Assembly (NCBI GenBank): GCA_963708075.1
Contig: OY970194.1
Span: 6,624,001 to 6,688,000, forward strand
DNA length: 64,000 nt
DNA from: Sedimentisphaerales bacterium
GTDB taxonomy: Bacteria; Planctomycetota; Phycisphaerae; Sedimentisphaerales; Anaerobacaceae
Direction: 5' to 3'
The position numbers and the translations under genes are program-made. Shown piece by piece: positions 21,309-31,495 of this stretch. Each line of letters opens with the position of its first letter. Position 1 is the first letter of the stretch. The notes under the pieces are model-generated. The model made no database searches. It had not been told where the DNA came from and saw nothing but the letters and a program-made list of their open reading frames with translations.

Positions 21309-22424
21309 ATGATAATCATAAAGAGCTACGTGGCATGTATTCCGATGTTCGTACTGCTGCTGGTTCTGTGGGGATTCGCGGGCACGGCTTGTGCCGCACA
21401 GCCGGTGGAGGCGACCGACGCAAATCGGGTGGTATTCCTGCCTATTGAAGTCCCCATCGTCATCGTCAAGTACTTCCCGGTGGACGGCGACAAGATCGAC
21501 ATCAAAATCACCGGCGATTGGGGCGAGTCGTTAGCGGCGACGCGGGAGAAGACCGAGCGGATCACGCGGCAGACGATTGCGGCCTTAGAGGAAGGCTCCC
21601 GTTATCATGGCTATAAGGATGCGAACGCCAAGCCGAGCCTCAAATACAAGATCCTTTCCGTCAGCGAGTTCCTGCGGCCTTTGCCCGTTCGGCCAAAGCG
21701 GCCGGGCGACGGAGTCCCGATGACCGATTACACGCGGATCATGGCCGACATCGACGGCCGGACCTGGATCGAGCAGAAGGGTGTGAAGGAAATCTGGGTA
21801 TTTGGCTATCACGGCGGTGTCGTCGGCTTGTGGGAATCGAACATGTCCAGTCCGTTCGGCGACGTGAGCAATTCCGATCGCGACCCGAACGATCTGCCGG
21901 TGCTCAGCCGCACATACACGATGTACCACTACAACTACCAGCGGGATGTGGGCGAGGCGGTCGAGAATCACGCTCATCAGATCGAGCATCTGCTCAATTA
22001 CGTGGACGGCCGGGACACCACGCCGGAGGAGAAATGGCCGGACCTGCTCTTCTGGGGTACGTTCGTGGGGAGCGATGCCTCGCACAAGTTGGTTGCGGTC
22101 CGCACGCCGGATGGCAGGCAGGTCTATCGCTGCGGCTGGACACATTACGCACCCAACAGCGAGCGCGATTATGACTGGACGAATCAGCGGATGATCGAGA
22201 CCGATATTGAGGATTGGCGGCCGGAAGGGCTCGGCAAGACGCAGAAGATCAACTGCGACCGCTGGCAGGGCAACGACCTCCAATGGAAGATCTACTGGAT
22301 GCAGAACCTTCCCGGCGCCGGCAACAGCCTGACGTTCAAGGGCAAACGCCTGACGAATTGGTGGCTTTTCACGGGCGACTGGGATTACGTGATGAAGAAC
22401 AAGATCGGCCTCGTCGAACGATAG
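21309..22424 (+). CDS. Exported hypothetical protein
   Basis: 371-aa ORF with signal peptide, Trp-rich body and an ENHAHQIE His cluster. Confidence 0.8.
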   Translation: MIIIKSYVACIPMFVLLLVLWGFAGTACAAQPVEATDANRVVFLPIEVPIVIVKYFPVDGDKIDIKITGDWGESLAATREKTERITRQTIAALEEGSRYHGYKDANAKPSLKYKILSVSEFLRPLPVRPKRPGDGVPMTDYTRIMADIDGRTWIEQKGVKEIWVFGYHGGVVGLWESNMSSPFGDVSNSDRDPNDLPVLSRTYTMYHYNYQRDVGEAVENHAHQIEHLLNYVDGRDTTPEEKWPDLLFWGTFVGSDASHKLVAVRTPDGRQVYRCGWTHYAPNSERDYDWTNQRMIETDIEDWRPEGLGKTQKINCDRWQGNDLQWKIYWMQNLPGAGNSLTFKGKRLTNWWLFTGDWDYVMKNKIGLVER

Positions 22425-22451
22425 AGGCCTTGTGCTCACAGGTCTGAAGGG

Positions 22452-24707
22452 ATGGCAGGCAGACTCCTCATCAGTTCGTGCATCCTGGCGGTTCTCTGCG
22501 GTTTTGCAGCCGCCGCTCAGGATGTGAATGATCCGTCACTCCTGACGGTTGCGCGGATCTTTGACTCCAATGAGTTCAAGGGCGAATCTCGCGGTCCGTT
22601 CCGATGGCTCGAAGACAGCTCCGCGTACACCGCCCTGGAGGACTCCGCCGAGATCAAAGACGGCAAAGATTTCGTACAGTATGATCCCCGGACGGGCGAG
22701 CGGCGGATTCTCGTACCGGCCCAAAAGCTGATTCCCGAGAGCCAGTCAAGCCCGCTCAAGGTCAGCGATCACTCCTGGTCCCAAGACCGTCGCAAACTGC
22801 TGATTTTCACGCACGCCCAGCGTGTGTGGCGGACGAACTCGCGGGGCGACTACTGGGTGCTCGATCTCGATGATTGGACGCTTCGGAAGCTCGGAGGGGA
22901 GGCGAAGCCGTCCACGCTGATGTTCGCCAAGTTCTCTCCGGATGGTGGCCGCGTTGCTTACCTTTGCGACCGCAACATCTATGTCCAGAACTTGAGAACG
23001 CTCAAGATCAGGCAGCTCATGCGCGACGGCTCCGAGACGGTCGTCAACGGCACCGGCGACTGGGTCTACGAAGAGGAGTTTGGATTGCGCGACGGATTCC
23101 AATGGAGCCCCGACAGCAGGTACATCGCGTACTGGCAATTCGACACTTCGGGCGTGCCCGGGTACTGCCTTGTCAACAATACGGGCTCGTTGTATCCAGG
23201 TATCACCACGATCCCGTATCCGAAAGTGGGGCAGGAGAACTCTGCTTGCCGGGTCGGGGTCGTCAAAGCATCCGGCGGCCGGACACGCTGGCTTCGGCTC
23301 TCGAACGATCCTCGAAATCACTACATTCCCCGAATGGGCTGGACTGTCGACTCGAAGTCCGTCATCCTGCAGCAGCTTAACCGACTGCAGAATACGGTCG
23401 AGGTCATCATTGCGGATGCCCGCACAGGGGCCGGCCGGCAAGTGTTGTGCGAGAAGGATGACGCCTGGGTGGAAGTCTGCGACAGTCTGACCTGGCTGGA
23501 CGGCGGCAGGAGTCTCACGTGGCTGAGCGAGCGCGACGGCTGGCAACACTTGTACCGGGTCTCGCGTGCAGACGGGCAAACCACGCTCTTGACGCCGGGA
23601 CAGTTCGATGTGATACGGCTGGAACGCGTCGACGAGATCGGGGGCTGGGCGTACTACACAGCCTCGCCCGACAATCCCACGCAGCAGTACTTGTATCGGG
23701 TCCCGCTCGACGGCAGCGGCAGAGCGGAGCGACTTACGCCTTCGGATCAGGCGGGGACACACGCATACGACATCTCACCCGACGCCAAGTGGGCGCTGCA
23801 CACGTACTCGTCATTCGACGTGCCGCCGATTGTCGAGCTTGTCTCATTGCCCGACCACCGCGTTGTCCGTGTTCTCGTAGACAATTCGGAACTGCGAGCT
23901 AAGCTGGCTGCTCTAAAGAGAGTTCCGACGGAGTTCCTCCGTGTTGACATCGGTGACGGTGTGCTGCTGGACGCGTGGTGCATGAAACCGCCTGATTTCG
24001 AGCCGGGTAAGCAGTACCCGCTGCTTTTCCATGTATACGGGGAGCCGGCGGGACAGACAGTGCTGGATCAGTGGGGCGGCGAGAAATACCTCTGGCATCT
24101 GATGCTCGCCCAGCGCGGCTGCATCGTCATGAGCGTGGACAATCGCGGGACGCCCGCTCCTCGCGGCCGCCAGTGGCGTAAGTGCGTTTACCGGCAGATC
24201 GGCATCCTCGCCTCCGCGGATCAGGCGGCCGCAGCTCGCGAGATCATCGCACAGCGACCCTATATCGATCCCAATCGCGTAGGCGTGTGGGGCTGGAGCG
24301 GCGGCGGATCCATGACTCTCAATGCGATCTTCCGTTATCCCGACCTCTACCGCACCGCCATCGCCATCGCCTTCATCAGCAATCAGCGGTTCTACGACAC
24401 GATCTACCAGGAGCGGTACATGGGCCTGCCGGACGATAACGCAGAAGGCTACAGGAACGGCTCGCCCATCACCTTCGCCCATCAGCTCAAAGGGAACCTT
24501 CTGCTCATTCACGGCACCGGCGACGACAATTGCCATTACCAGAACTGTGAGGCCCTGATCGACGAGTTAATCAAGCAGAAGAAGCAATTCCGCATGATGT
24601 CGTACCCCAACCGGACCCACAGCATCCGGGAAGGGGAGGGCACCAGACTCCACCTGTACGAGCTCATGACGCACTACCTCGAAGAGAACCTCCGTATCGA
24701 TTACTGA
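22452..24707 (+). CDS. Dipeptidyl peptidase IV (S9B family)
   Basis: DWVYEEEF, GWSGGG nucleophile, HGTGDDNCH and YPNRTH motifs. Confidence 0.92.
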   Translation: MAGRLLISSCILAVLCGFAAAAQDVNDPSLLTVARIFDSNEFKGESRGPFRWLEDSSAYTALEDSAEIKDGKDFVQYDPRTGERRILVPAQKLIPESQSSPLKVSDHSWSQDRRKLLIFTHAQRVWRTNSRGDYWVLDLDDWTLRKLGGEAKPSTLMFAKFSPDGGRVAYLCDRNIYVQNLRTLKIRQLMRDGSETVVNGTGDWVYEEEFGLRDGFQWSPDSRYIAYWQFDTSGVPGYCLVNNTGSLYPGITTIPYPKVGQENSACRVGVVKASGGRTRWLRLSNDPRNHYIPRMGWTVDSKSVILQQLNRLQNTVEVIIADARTGAGRQVLCEKDDAWVEVCDSLTWLDGGRSLTWLSERDGWQHLYRVSRADGQTTLLTPGQFDVIRLERVDEIGGWAYYTASPDNPTQQYLYRVPLDGSGRAERLTPSDQAGTHAYDISPDAKWALHTYSSFDVPPIVELVSLPDHRVVRVLVDNSELRAKLAALKRVPTEFLRVDIGDGVLLDAWCMKPPDFEPGKQYPLLFHVYGEPAGQTVLDQWGGEKYLWHLMLAQRGCIVMSVDNRGTPAPRGRQWRKCVYRQIGILASADQAAAAREIIAQRPYIDPNRVGVWGWSGGGSMTLNAIFRYPDLYRTAIAIAFISNQRFYDTIYQERYMGLPDDNAEGYRNGSPITFAHQLKGNLLLIHGTGDDNCHYQNCEALIDELIKQKKQFRMMSYPNRTHSIREGEGTRLHLYELMTHYLEENLRIDY

Positions 24708-24857
24708 TTATGCATCTCCGGCTGAGGAAGCCAAGCCGAGCTTCTTCTTGACTCGATGATAGAGGTACGATGCGCCGATCATGAGAACGCCGAGCACCAG
24801 GAAGGATACGATCCGGTAGGTTTCCTGCACCTCGGCCACTCCCAGGTTATCCATCAT
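24708..24857 (-). pseudogene. C-terminal remnant resembling DUF2339 membrane proteins
   Basis: 49 codons ...AEVQETYRIVSFLVLGVLMIGASYLYHRVKKK..., resembling the conserved DUF2339 C-terminus. Confidence 0.55.
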
Positions 24858-24877
24858 GTGTCATGAATAGTCCGACC

Positions 24878-26965
24878 TTATAGCTCGATGACCGCCACGT
24901 CGAACCTGTCGATCTTGATGGATGCCTCCGTCCTTGTGTCGCTCAACAGTTCGAGCTTATCCCGCGGTACGTCCACCGTTTGGGGCTCGTCGGTGTGATT
25001 GATGAGGAACAGCAGTCTCTTGCCGTCTCCCTGGCGGATGGATGCTTCCATGCCGACCGGCGGACTGACCACGGGACGAATGCCGGAATCTTCGAGCAGT
25101 TGATGGATTATGTCATCGTAGAAGGCGTCCTCCTTGACCACGGTCCCCACGTACCATCCCTGGCCCTTGCCGTAGCTGTTGCGTGTGACCGCCGCGAAGG
25201 GCTTCATATGCCATTGATCCACGTAGTGAGCCAGCGGTGTGGCGTCTTGAGGAGTCACCCAATCTACGTACTGGACCGCCGTGTAGCCGCCGGAGACTGT
25301 GTAGGAGGTGTCGGCGCCGAGGCTGCTGTATTCCTCAATCGTGATCCCGAGAGCCGGAGAGAGCAGGCCCGGCAGCGTTCTTTCGTGGCATAGATTGCGT
25401 TCGTCTTTCACGCCCGTTCTGCAATCGGCGAGCAGGACACCACCCTCTTTGACGTAGGTTTCCAATTTGTGAGCCGTTTCATCCGGCATGATCGACAGGT
25501 CCGGCGCGAGAACCAACTTGTATTTCGACAGGTCCGCCCCGCGGTTCACGATATCGACGTTGACGCCAGCTCGCATGAGCGCACCGTAGTAACGTCGGAT
25601 CGCGCCCTGCAGGCTGTTGCCGGCAAAGCCCGGCTGGAAACTGAGCGACCACAGGTTGTCGTAATCGTAGAGGATGGCGACATCCGACACGACCGTTGTG
25701 CCGCGCAGGTAGCTCTCCAGCTTGCGAAATTCCTTCGCCGTCCGGGCCGCCTCATGGTAACGTCGCAGCGGCTTGCCGTCGTGTCCAAGCAGGCCGTGCC
25801 AGTACTGCTCGCGGCCAACGGTGCACGTCCGCCAGCGGAACCAGATCTGCCCGTCCGAGCCGTGCGCGAGTTGCTGGTAGGCGATTTTGCGGATCTCGCC
25901 GGGCCAGGGATTGCGGCCGAAGCTCTCCCACCCGCAAGGGCCCGCCGTCTGCTCCATGATCATGAAGTTCTTCTGCTTCAGCCCTCGCATGACATCGGCG
26001 GCCAACGATGCGTCGTACGGGATGTTCGGCTTGTCCGACCAGATCGGGTAATTGTCCCAGGACACCAAATCAAGGTCCCGAGCCATTTCGTAATAATCGA
26101 GCGAGCTGAACAGGCCCATGAAGTTGTGCGTGATGAAATCGTCCGGGCAAAGCTCTCGAATGATCCTCGCCTGGGCTCCCTGAAAGCGGGCCTGCTGCCA
26201 CGTGATGAACCGTTTCCAGTCGAGGCAGGCGCTCGGGTTGCCCATGACCCATGGACGATCCGTGGCGCAGTCCGGGATCGTGATCTCGTCCCAGGCAGTG
26301 AACTTGAGTCCCCAGAAGTGATTGCCCCAGGCGCGGTTCAACTCCTCCAGCGAGCTGTATCTCCTCCGGAGCCAATTCTGGAACTGGGCCAGGCACGAGG
26401 GACAGAAGCACTCCTCACCGCCGAACTCGTTATCGATTTGCCAGCCGATGATGTTGGGCCTCCTGGCGAAATGCTCAGCCATCGCCAGGGTGATCCGCTC
26501 GGAAAGCAGCCGGTAGTCGCGATTCGAATAGCAGTTGTGCTTGCGGCCGCCCCAGACGATACGCGTGCCGTCGGCCTTCATCCGCAGGGCCTCCGGGTAC
26601 TTGCGGGCGACCCAGGCGGGCATCACGGCGGTGGGGGTGCCGAGGATCACGTTCATGTCATAGCGGGCGAGCAGCTTTACTGCATCGTCCAGCCAGCCGA
26701 ACTCGAATTCGCCTTCACGTGGCTCCATGTCGATCCATGCGAACTCGGCCAGTCGCACCGTGTTGAAGCCCGCCTCCTTCATGAGCTTGATATCGGTTTC
26801 CCATCTGTCCCGCGGCCAGTGCTCGGGGTAATAGTCCACGCCGATGTACATCGCCCGGCCGGGCGAAAGCACCTGCTGTCCCTGCACGACGGCTGTCTGC
26901 CCGAAACCAACAACCGACCACCAGCAACCAGCAACGATGCTCACGAGTGCCATGCGTCGTTTCAT
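24878..26965 (-). CDS. GH42 beta-galactosidase
   Basis: GVDYYPEHW, AEFAW, WQIDNE and MEQ motifs plus trimerisation domain; has a signal peptide. Confidence 0.92.
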   Translation of the reverse strand: MKRRMALVSIVAGCWWSVVGFGQTAVVQGQQVLSPGRAMYIGVDYYPEHWPRDRWETDIKLMKEAGFNTVRLAEFAWIDMEPREGEFEFGWLDDAVKLLARYDMNVILGTPTAVMPAWVARKYPEALRMKADGTRIVWGGRKHNCYSNRDYRLLSERITLAMAEHFARRPNIIGWQIDNEFGGEECFCPSCLAQFQNWLRRRYSSLEELNRAWGNHFWGLKFTAWDEITIPDCATDRPWVMGNPSACLDWKRFITWQQARFQGAQARIIRELCPDDFITHNFMGLFSSLDYYEMARDLDLVSWDNYPIWSDKPNIPYDASLAADVMRGLKQKNFMIMEQTAGPCGWESFGRNPWPGEIRKIAYQQLAHGSDGQIWFRWRTCTVGREQYWHGLLGHDGKPLRRYHEAARTAKEFRKLESYLRGTTVVSDVAILYDYDNLWSLSFQPGFAGNSLQGAIRRYYGALMRAGVNVDIVNRGADLSKYKLVLAPDLSIMPDETAHKLETYVKEGGVLLADCRTGVKDERNLCHERTLPGLLSPALGITIEEYSSLGADTSYTVSGGYTAVQYVDWVTPQDATPLAHYVDQWHMKPFAAVTRNSYGKGQGWYVGTVVKEDAFYDDIIHQLLEDSGIRPVVSPPVGMEASIRQGDGKRLLFLINHTDEPQTVDVPRDKLELLSDTRTEASIKIDRFDVAVIEL

Positions 26966-26983
26966 GTTATCGCCTTTCCTGGA

Positions 26984-28501
26984 TTATGGTTTCTCACATG
27001 CCCCGATGGCCGGCTTCCTTTCTTTGGGCACTCGATGGCCCCAGAAGTCCCTGCCGCCGTTGCCCTCTATGGGCACGCCGGCATTTATGCATGGCGAGTC
27101 CAACCTCAACTTGTAGGCAGTCGCCCGGGCGAGTTCCGCCGGGTTCACGGGCATTGTCGCGCCGGCGTTCACTAGCCTGGGATCGACGTGCTTGCCGACT
27201 ACCTCGCCGCCCATCTTCTCCTGGCCGGTCGCCTCCGCCCACTCGGCAAGAGTAGCGTGGCCGTCGAATGACAACGTTTGTCCGTCCGCCGACCAGTAGA
27301 TATTGTTCTCGAATCGCCCTCTCTTTGTCTCGCCGGAGACCGCGTCGCCGGAGCAGATGAAGACGTTGTTGCGGAACACGACGTTGGGCATGGGTAGGCC
27401 GCCAAACCCGACGGCGGCGCCATTCGCGTTGAACACAGTGTTATTGTAGACTCGGCAATCTGACGCGTTGGGGCTGGCGGAGTAAACATCGATACCGCTG
27501 CGCCGGTTGTTCTTGACCCCATCATTGTGGCTGATGTTGTAGCGGATCACGTTGTTCTTGAAATCCGGCGCGCCGGGATACTGGCACAGGAAGTAGCCCG
27601 GCCCGTCGTTGTTGCAGGAGAGATTGTACTGAAGGACGGAATTCGATACCCCTCCATCGAGATCGAATCCGCCGCCGTCATCTCCGGGGCTCTTGTTGTC
27701 GTGGGAGATGCAGAACTGGATGGTGACGCGATCGGCGTTCCATGCCCAGATGCCGACCGGGCCGTTGCCCTTGCGGGGCATGTCCCAGCCGTTGTTCGAG
27801 GCCTCGCAGTACTCGATGATCGCGTCGCTCACGTTGCCGACCACGATGCCGTTGCCGCTGTGGTTCGTCAGGTTCGAGGGATCGCCGGGATTGTTGTCCG
27901 CGACGCAGCGGTTGATGCGTACATGTGTTGACCGCTTATGGTAACCCACGGCAATTCCGGCAGAGCCATTCTCGTGGGCATATACATGCGTGATCCGGAC
28001 ATTGTGGACGCCGTCCAATTGCAGTCCGCTCCCTCGGAATCCGCTTGTCCCGATATCGTCGATGTCCGTGCCCTTTGAGTCAGTCACAGAGACGCCGTCC
28101 TCTGTATTTCCGTTCTTGCGCCCTGCGCCGACAAAGGTGAGGTCCTTCACAACGAGGTAGTCACACCCATTTGCCCTGAGGCCGCTGCCGTTGCCTCCAT
28201 CGATGATCGCCCGTCCTTTGCCGTAGGACGTGATTGTCATTTTCCTGCCGGAGGCACCGCTGTCATTTCGGTTAAGCTCGATCGTGCCGGCGAAGCGATT
28301 GCCCGCCTGGAAGCTGACGCAGTCGCCGGGCCCGAGGTTCGTAGCGTTGACTTTCTCTATGCTCCGCCAGGGCCGGGCGCGGGTTCCCGGATTCGAGTCG
28401 TCCCCCGATGGGCTGACATAATGCTGTCGGGAGTAGGCATTAGCCGGACCGAGGGCCCATAGTGATAGGCCGCATAGCAACGATATAAGACCTTTGGACA
28501 T
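26984..28501 (-). CDS. Exported right-handed parallel beta-helix protein
   Basis: YVSPSGDDSNPGT...PW start, repeated Asn/Gly-rich PbH1 motifs, DGGGFDLDGG. Confidence 0.85.
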   Translation of the reverse strand: MSKGLISLLCGLSLWALGPANAYSRQHYVSPSGDDSNPGTRARPWRSIEKVNATNLGPGDCVSFQAGNRFAGTIELNRNDSGASGRKMTITSYGKGRAIIDGGNGSGLRANGCDYLVVKDLTFVGAGRKNGNTEDGVSVTDSKGTDIDDIGTSGFRGSGLQLDGVHNVRITHVYAHENGSAGIAVGYHKRSTHVRINRCVADNNPGDPSNLTNHSGNGIVVGNVSDAIIEYCEASNNGWDMPRKGNGPVGIWAWNADRVTIQFCISHDNKSPGDDGGGFDLDGGVSNSVLQYNLSCNNDGPGYFLCQYPGAPDFKNNVIRYNISHNDGVKNNRRSGIDVYSASPNASDCRVYNNTVFNANGAAVGFGGLPMPNVVFRNNVFICSGDAVSGETKRGRFENNIYWSADGQTLSFDGHATLAEWAEATGQEKMGGEVVGKHVDPRLVNAGATMPVNPAELARATAYKLRLDSPCINAGVPIEGNGGRDFWGHRVPKERKPAIGACEKP

Positions 28502-28526
28502 CCTGGTTCTCCTCTATGTCACTCGA

Positions 28527-31142
28527 TCAGTTGCCTGACCGCGCCTGGGCTGCTGCTGATTCCTCATTTGGCAAGGCGACTCGCAAATCGAACGGAGTGT
28601 ACTCAATGGAATCCAGGACCTGAACCTCGCTGACGGTCACCGTCCGCCTCGGTGTGATCCGGTACTGCACATAGCGGGCATCCACCGGCTGTTGCGGTGC
28701 CAGCGTGTAGGTGAATCCGGTGGCGGTTTCGTCGTCGGGCATCATGTGGTTGACCGGAATGTCCTTCCATCGCAGATTCAGATCGAAGAAGCCCTGGCTG
28801 GTGTACTGCTTCGCGTCGGCCGAAGTGAGGACCTCCACCGTGTCTTTGACTTCCCTGTCCATGGCGTCCCACCAGGGCCAGCCCGCGCTGAGGTCGATGC
28901 GAAACGCCCCACAACGCGAGACGTCGCCCAGGTCCACCGTGACGACGGGGTTCTTCCCCTGGTCCCAGCAGAGCCCGTAGCGGGGCCCGATTCCGCCGGC
29001 GTAGGGCGGTCCGACGACGCCGTCGGTGAGCTTCGTCCCCTGCGGGTCACCCGCTTCCCAATGTGTCGCCGAAGGGACGGAGACCGTGTAGCTCTTTTCC
29101 TTGGCCAGGTTCCTGCCGTAGCGGACCCAGCGGCCGACGTATTTCTCGCCACCGGCGTCTTTGCCGTCAGAGTAGCCGTACTTCACATCAGTGACGGCGC
29201 CCTTGAGATTCACTCGCAGCGAGTTCACGACGGGGTGGTCCTGCCCGCCCACGTTGATTGTATATCGGTAGGGCACTTGTTCGATCAGCTCCGTGTGGCT
29301 GCGCTCGACGAGCGAATCGTCGCTCTGCACTTCGCTCCAGTTGAACGTCACCTCGATGGGCCTGAATTGCGCCACCTGCGGCCTGTGGTTGACCTCCATG
29401 CGGACGCTGTAAATGCTACATGCATCCGTCCCGGCGGCCGAGCTATTGAGCAGATACTTGAACAGTACCGACTTTGTGCCGGCCGGAATATCCATGACGG
29501 TCTCATAGTGGATCACGTCCCACGGCGGATCGACCTTGTCGAGCGAATAGCTTCGCTGCCAGGTTTGCCCGCCATCGAAGGAGTGCAACAGGTCGATGTG
29601 GGATTTCGGCGCCCGGTTGTAGAAGCGACCACCGTACTCGATGCGTGCGATCTCTGTTGGCGCATCGACTCTGAAGACCACGTATGCATCTTCCTTCGCC
29701 TTCACGGCATACATGACCCCCTGGTAGCCGGGGTGCTCGGCTTTTGAGGTCATATTCTCTTGCTCGACGACGTACGGCTTATAGTTCTCACCCTGCAGGT
29801 CCGGCCAGATCACGATGGACTCCGTCTGATCGCCAGCCCCCACGTACACGGTGTTTCCGCCCAGCAGCAAGTTCGGCTGGGTCTTGCTGTTGAGCATGGT
29901 GGTCGTCTCAAACTCGATAGCTCGCAGGCAGGCATCCGCCGGATTCACTTTACCCATCAGAGAGACTTTCACCAGGATCTCATACGAGCCATTGACCTCG
30001 TTGGTCAACGCCAGGTCGAGCGGGAGATCACCGACTTCTTCGGCCCTCCACGCCTCATTCCACGTCAATCCGTTCGTTGCGCTGATCGAGATACTCGCGA
30101 CATCCGCAGCGGTCCTTCGGGAGAGACTGCCTTTGATCTGCACGCGCGTGACGACATTGGCCCCTTCCACCTTGAAAATAATCTCGCCGGGCTTGGCGGC
30201 CTCGGAGGGCACTACACCACTCGGCTGGATGGCTCGGCAACCGAAAACGCTGTACGCCGCCTCCGCCAGGGATTCGTCTGTCAATGCAGGCCTGAACACG
30301 CGGATTCCATTGCCGCGGATGCGATAACGCTGATTCGGCTTCTCCGGGTCGGCGTCGTGATTGGGCACATAGTACTCGCGAGTGTCCCCCAGGCTCTTGT
30401 AGTAACGGGTATAGACTTCGTTCTCTCGCAGATTGAGGATGTACCGATGCCCACGGTCCCAGTTGTAATAGTAGAACCGGTATTTCAGGCCGTTCGGGTT
30501 GAAGCAGCGGTACTCCTGCTCGAGGTCGCGGGCACAGTCCGCCCCGGTGAGGAAGCCATTGCTGCTCGTGGCGTTGAGGCAGTGGTAGCGGGCGATGTGC
30601 CCGGGCTCCACGCGTCCGCCGGAGGCCTCGCAGCCGCCTTCCTTGCCGATATCCTCGACGCCCGCGATGGTCACGCCGTCGCACAGCGTGTAGAGCGCGG
30701 ACATGCTGTTGTCATACATGTGCCAGCGGCCGCCGTACTGAACTTCGGGGACGGTGTGCAGCGTGACATCCCAGAATTTGACCGGGTATCCCATGGCGTC
30801 CCAGATCGAGCAGTTGATCCCGGCGATCGTGCTGCACATCGTGTAGCCGTAGTCGTTGAACTGCCGGATCGGGTCGGTGCACTCCATTCCATGCAGGTTC
30901 ATCGGCATGGTCTGCCGCCGCGCGATGTGGCTCCAATAGAACATCGCCCGGCATTTCTCCGCCGGCTCCTGCCACCGGGCCGTGATGCTGTGGATCATGC
31001 TCTCCATATCATAGTAGTCCGGCGAGGCGTCAGTGACGACCTTGACATTGCACACCTCGCCCGATGCCACACCCACTCCCGACACGATCAGGAACAACGC
31101 TGCCGCTACTGCAAATCCTGCTCTCATTCGTGTGTTCTCCAT
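28527..31142 (-). CDS. Large exported protein with transglutaminase-like N-terminus and discoidin-like C-terminus
   Basis: GYTMCS...HTVPEVQYGGRWHMYD (Cys-His-Asp); C-terminal NLAK...LTDG...VDLG...ARYVQY...SEVQV. Confidence 0.65.
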   Translation of the reverse strand: MENTRMRAGFAVAAALFLIVSGVGVASGEVCNVKVVTDASPDYYDMESMIHSITARWQEPAEKCRAMFYWSHIARRQTMPMNLHGMECTDPIRQFNDYGYTMCSTIAGINCSIWDAMGYPVKFWDVTLHTVPEVQYGGRWHMYDNSMSALYTLCDGVTIAGVEDIGKEGGCEASGGRVEPGHIARYHCLNATSSNGFLTGADCARDLEQEYRCFNPNGLKYRFYYYNWDRGHRYILNLRENEVYTRYYKSLGDTREYYVPNHDADPEKPNQRYRIRGNGIRVFRPALTDESLAEAAYSVFGCRAIQPSGVVPSEAAKPGEIIFKVEGANVVTRVQIKGSLSRRTAADVASISISATNGLTWNEAWRAEEVGDLPLDLALTNEVNGSYEILVKVSLMGKVNPADACLRAIEFETTTMLNSKTQPNLLLGGNTVYVGAGDQTESIVIWPDLQGENYKPYVVEQENMTSKAEHPGYQGVMYAVKAKEDAYVVFRVDAPTEIARIEYGGRFYNRAPKSHIDLLHSFDGGQTWQRSYSLDKVDPPWDVIHYETVMDIPAGTKSVLFKYLLNSSAAGTDACSIYSVRMEVNHRPQVAQFRPIEVTFNWSEVQSDDSLVERSHTELIEQVPYRYTINVGGQDHPVVNSLRVNLKGAVTDVKYGYSDGKDAGGEKYVGRWVRYGRNLAKEKSYTVSVPSATHWEAGDPQGTKLTDGVVGPPYAGGIGPRYGLCWDQGKNPVVTVDLGDVSRCGAFRIDLSAGWPWWDAMDREVKDTVEVLTSADAKQYTSQGFFDLNLRWKDIPVNHMMPDDETATGFTYTLAPQQPVDARYVQYRITPRRTVTVSEVQVLDSIEYTPFDLRVALPNEESAAAQARSGN

Positions 31143-31348
31143 TGCACCTGTGCGATCACCTCCTTCATCATACCTGAGTTTCCCGTCCTGTAAAACCGCT
31201 TGTCGGTGAAGATTGCCACCGGAAATGCCGCTACTCTTATTGGAGAGATGTGAGACTCCGTGTCTTTGTCGGGTCCCAGCAAAGCCGGGCGGACAGTATG
31301 TTGAACGTATGTACGAATTTGAGCATTCGAAACAGTGGATTCAGCCTG

Positions 31349-31495
31349 CTATCCCGCATACGACAGCTTGCCGTTTTCGAACCTCGCTGCGGAGGTGTAC
31401 GGATGGGTTTCGTTCTTCTTCAAGCCCACGATGTGCTCCACCGTGATTCCGTCGGCTTTGAGGTAGTCGGAGATGAGGGCCCGATGACATCCCAT
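31349..31495 (-). pseudogene. C-terminal remnant resembling DUF488 family protein
   Basis: MGCHRALISDYLKADGITVEHI...HPYTSAARFENGKLSYAG*, matching the DUF488 CHR...I.D.L motif and lacking the N-terminal portion. Confidence 0.6.

Noticed and set aside
31200..31345. Possible ncRNA or riboswitch in the intergenic gap
   Set aside because: No recognisable conserved motif or convincing structure by eye
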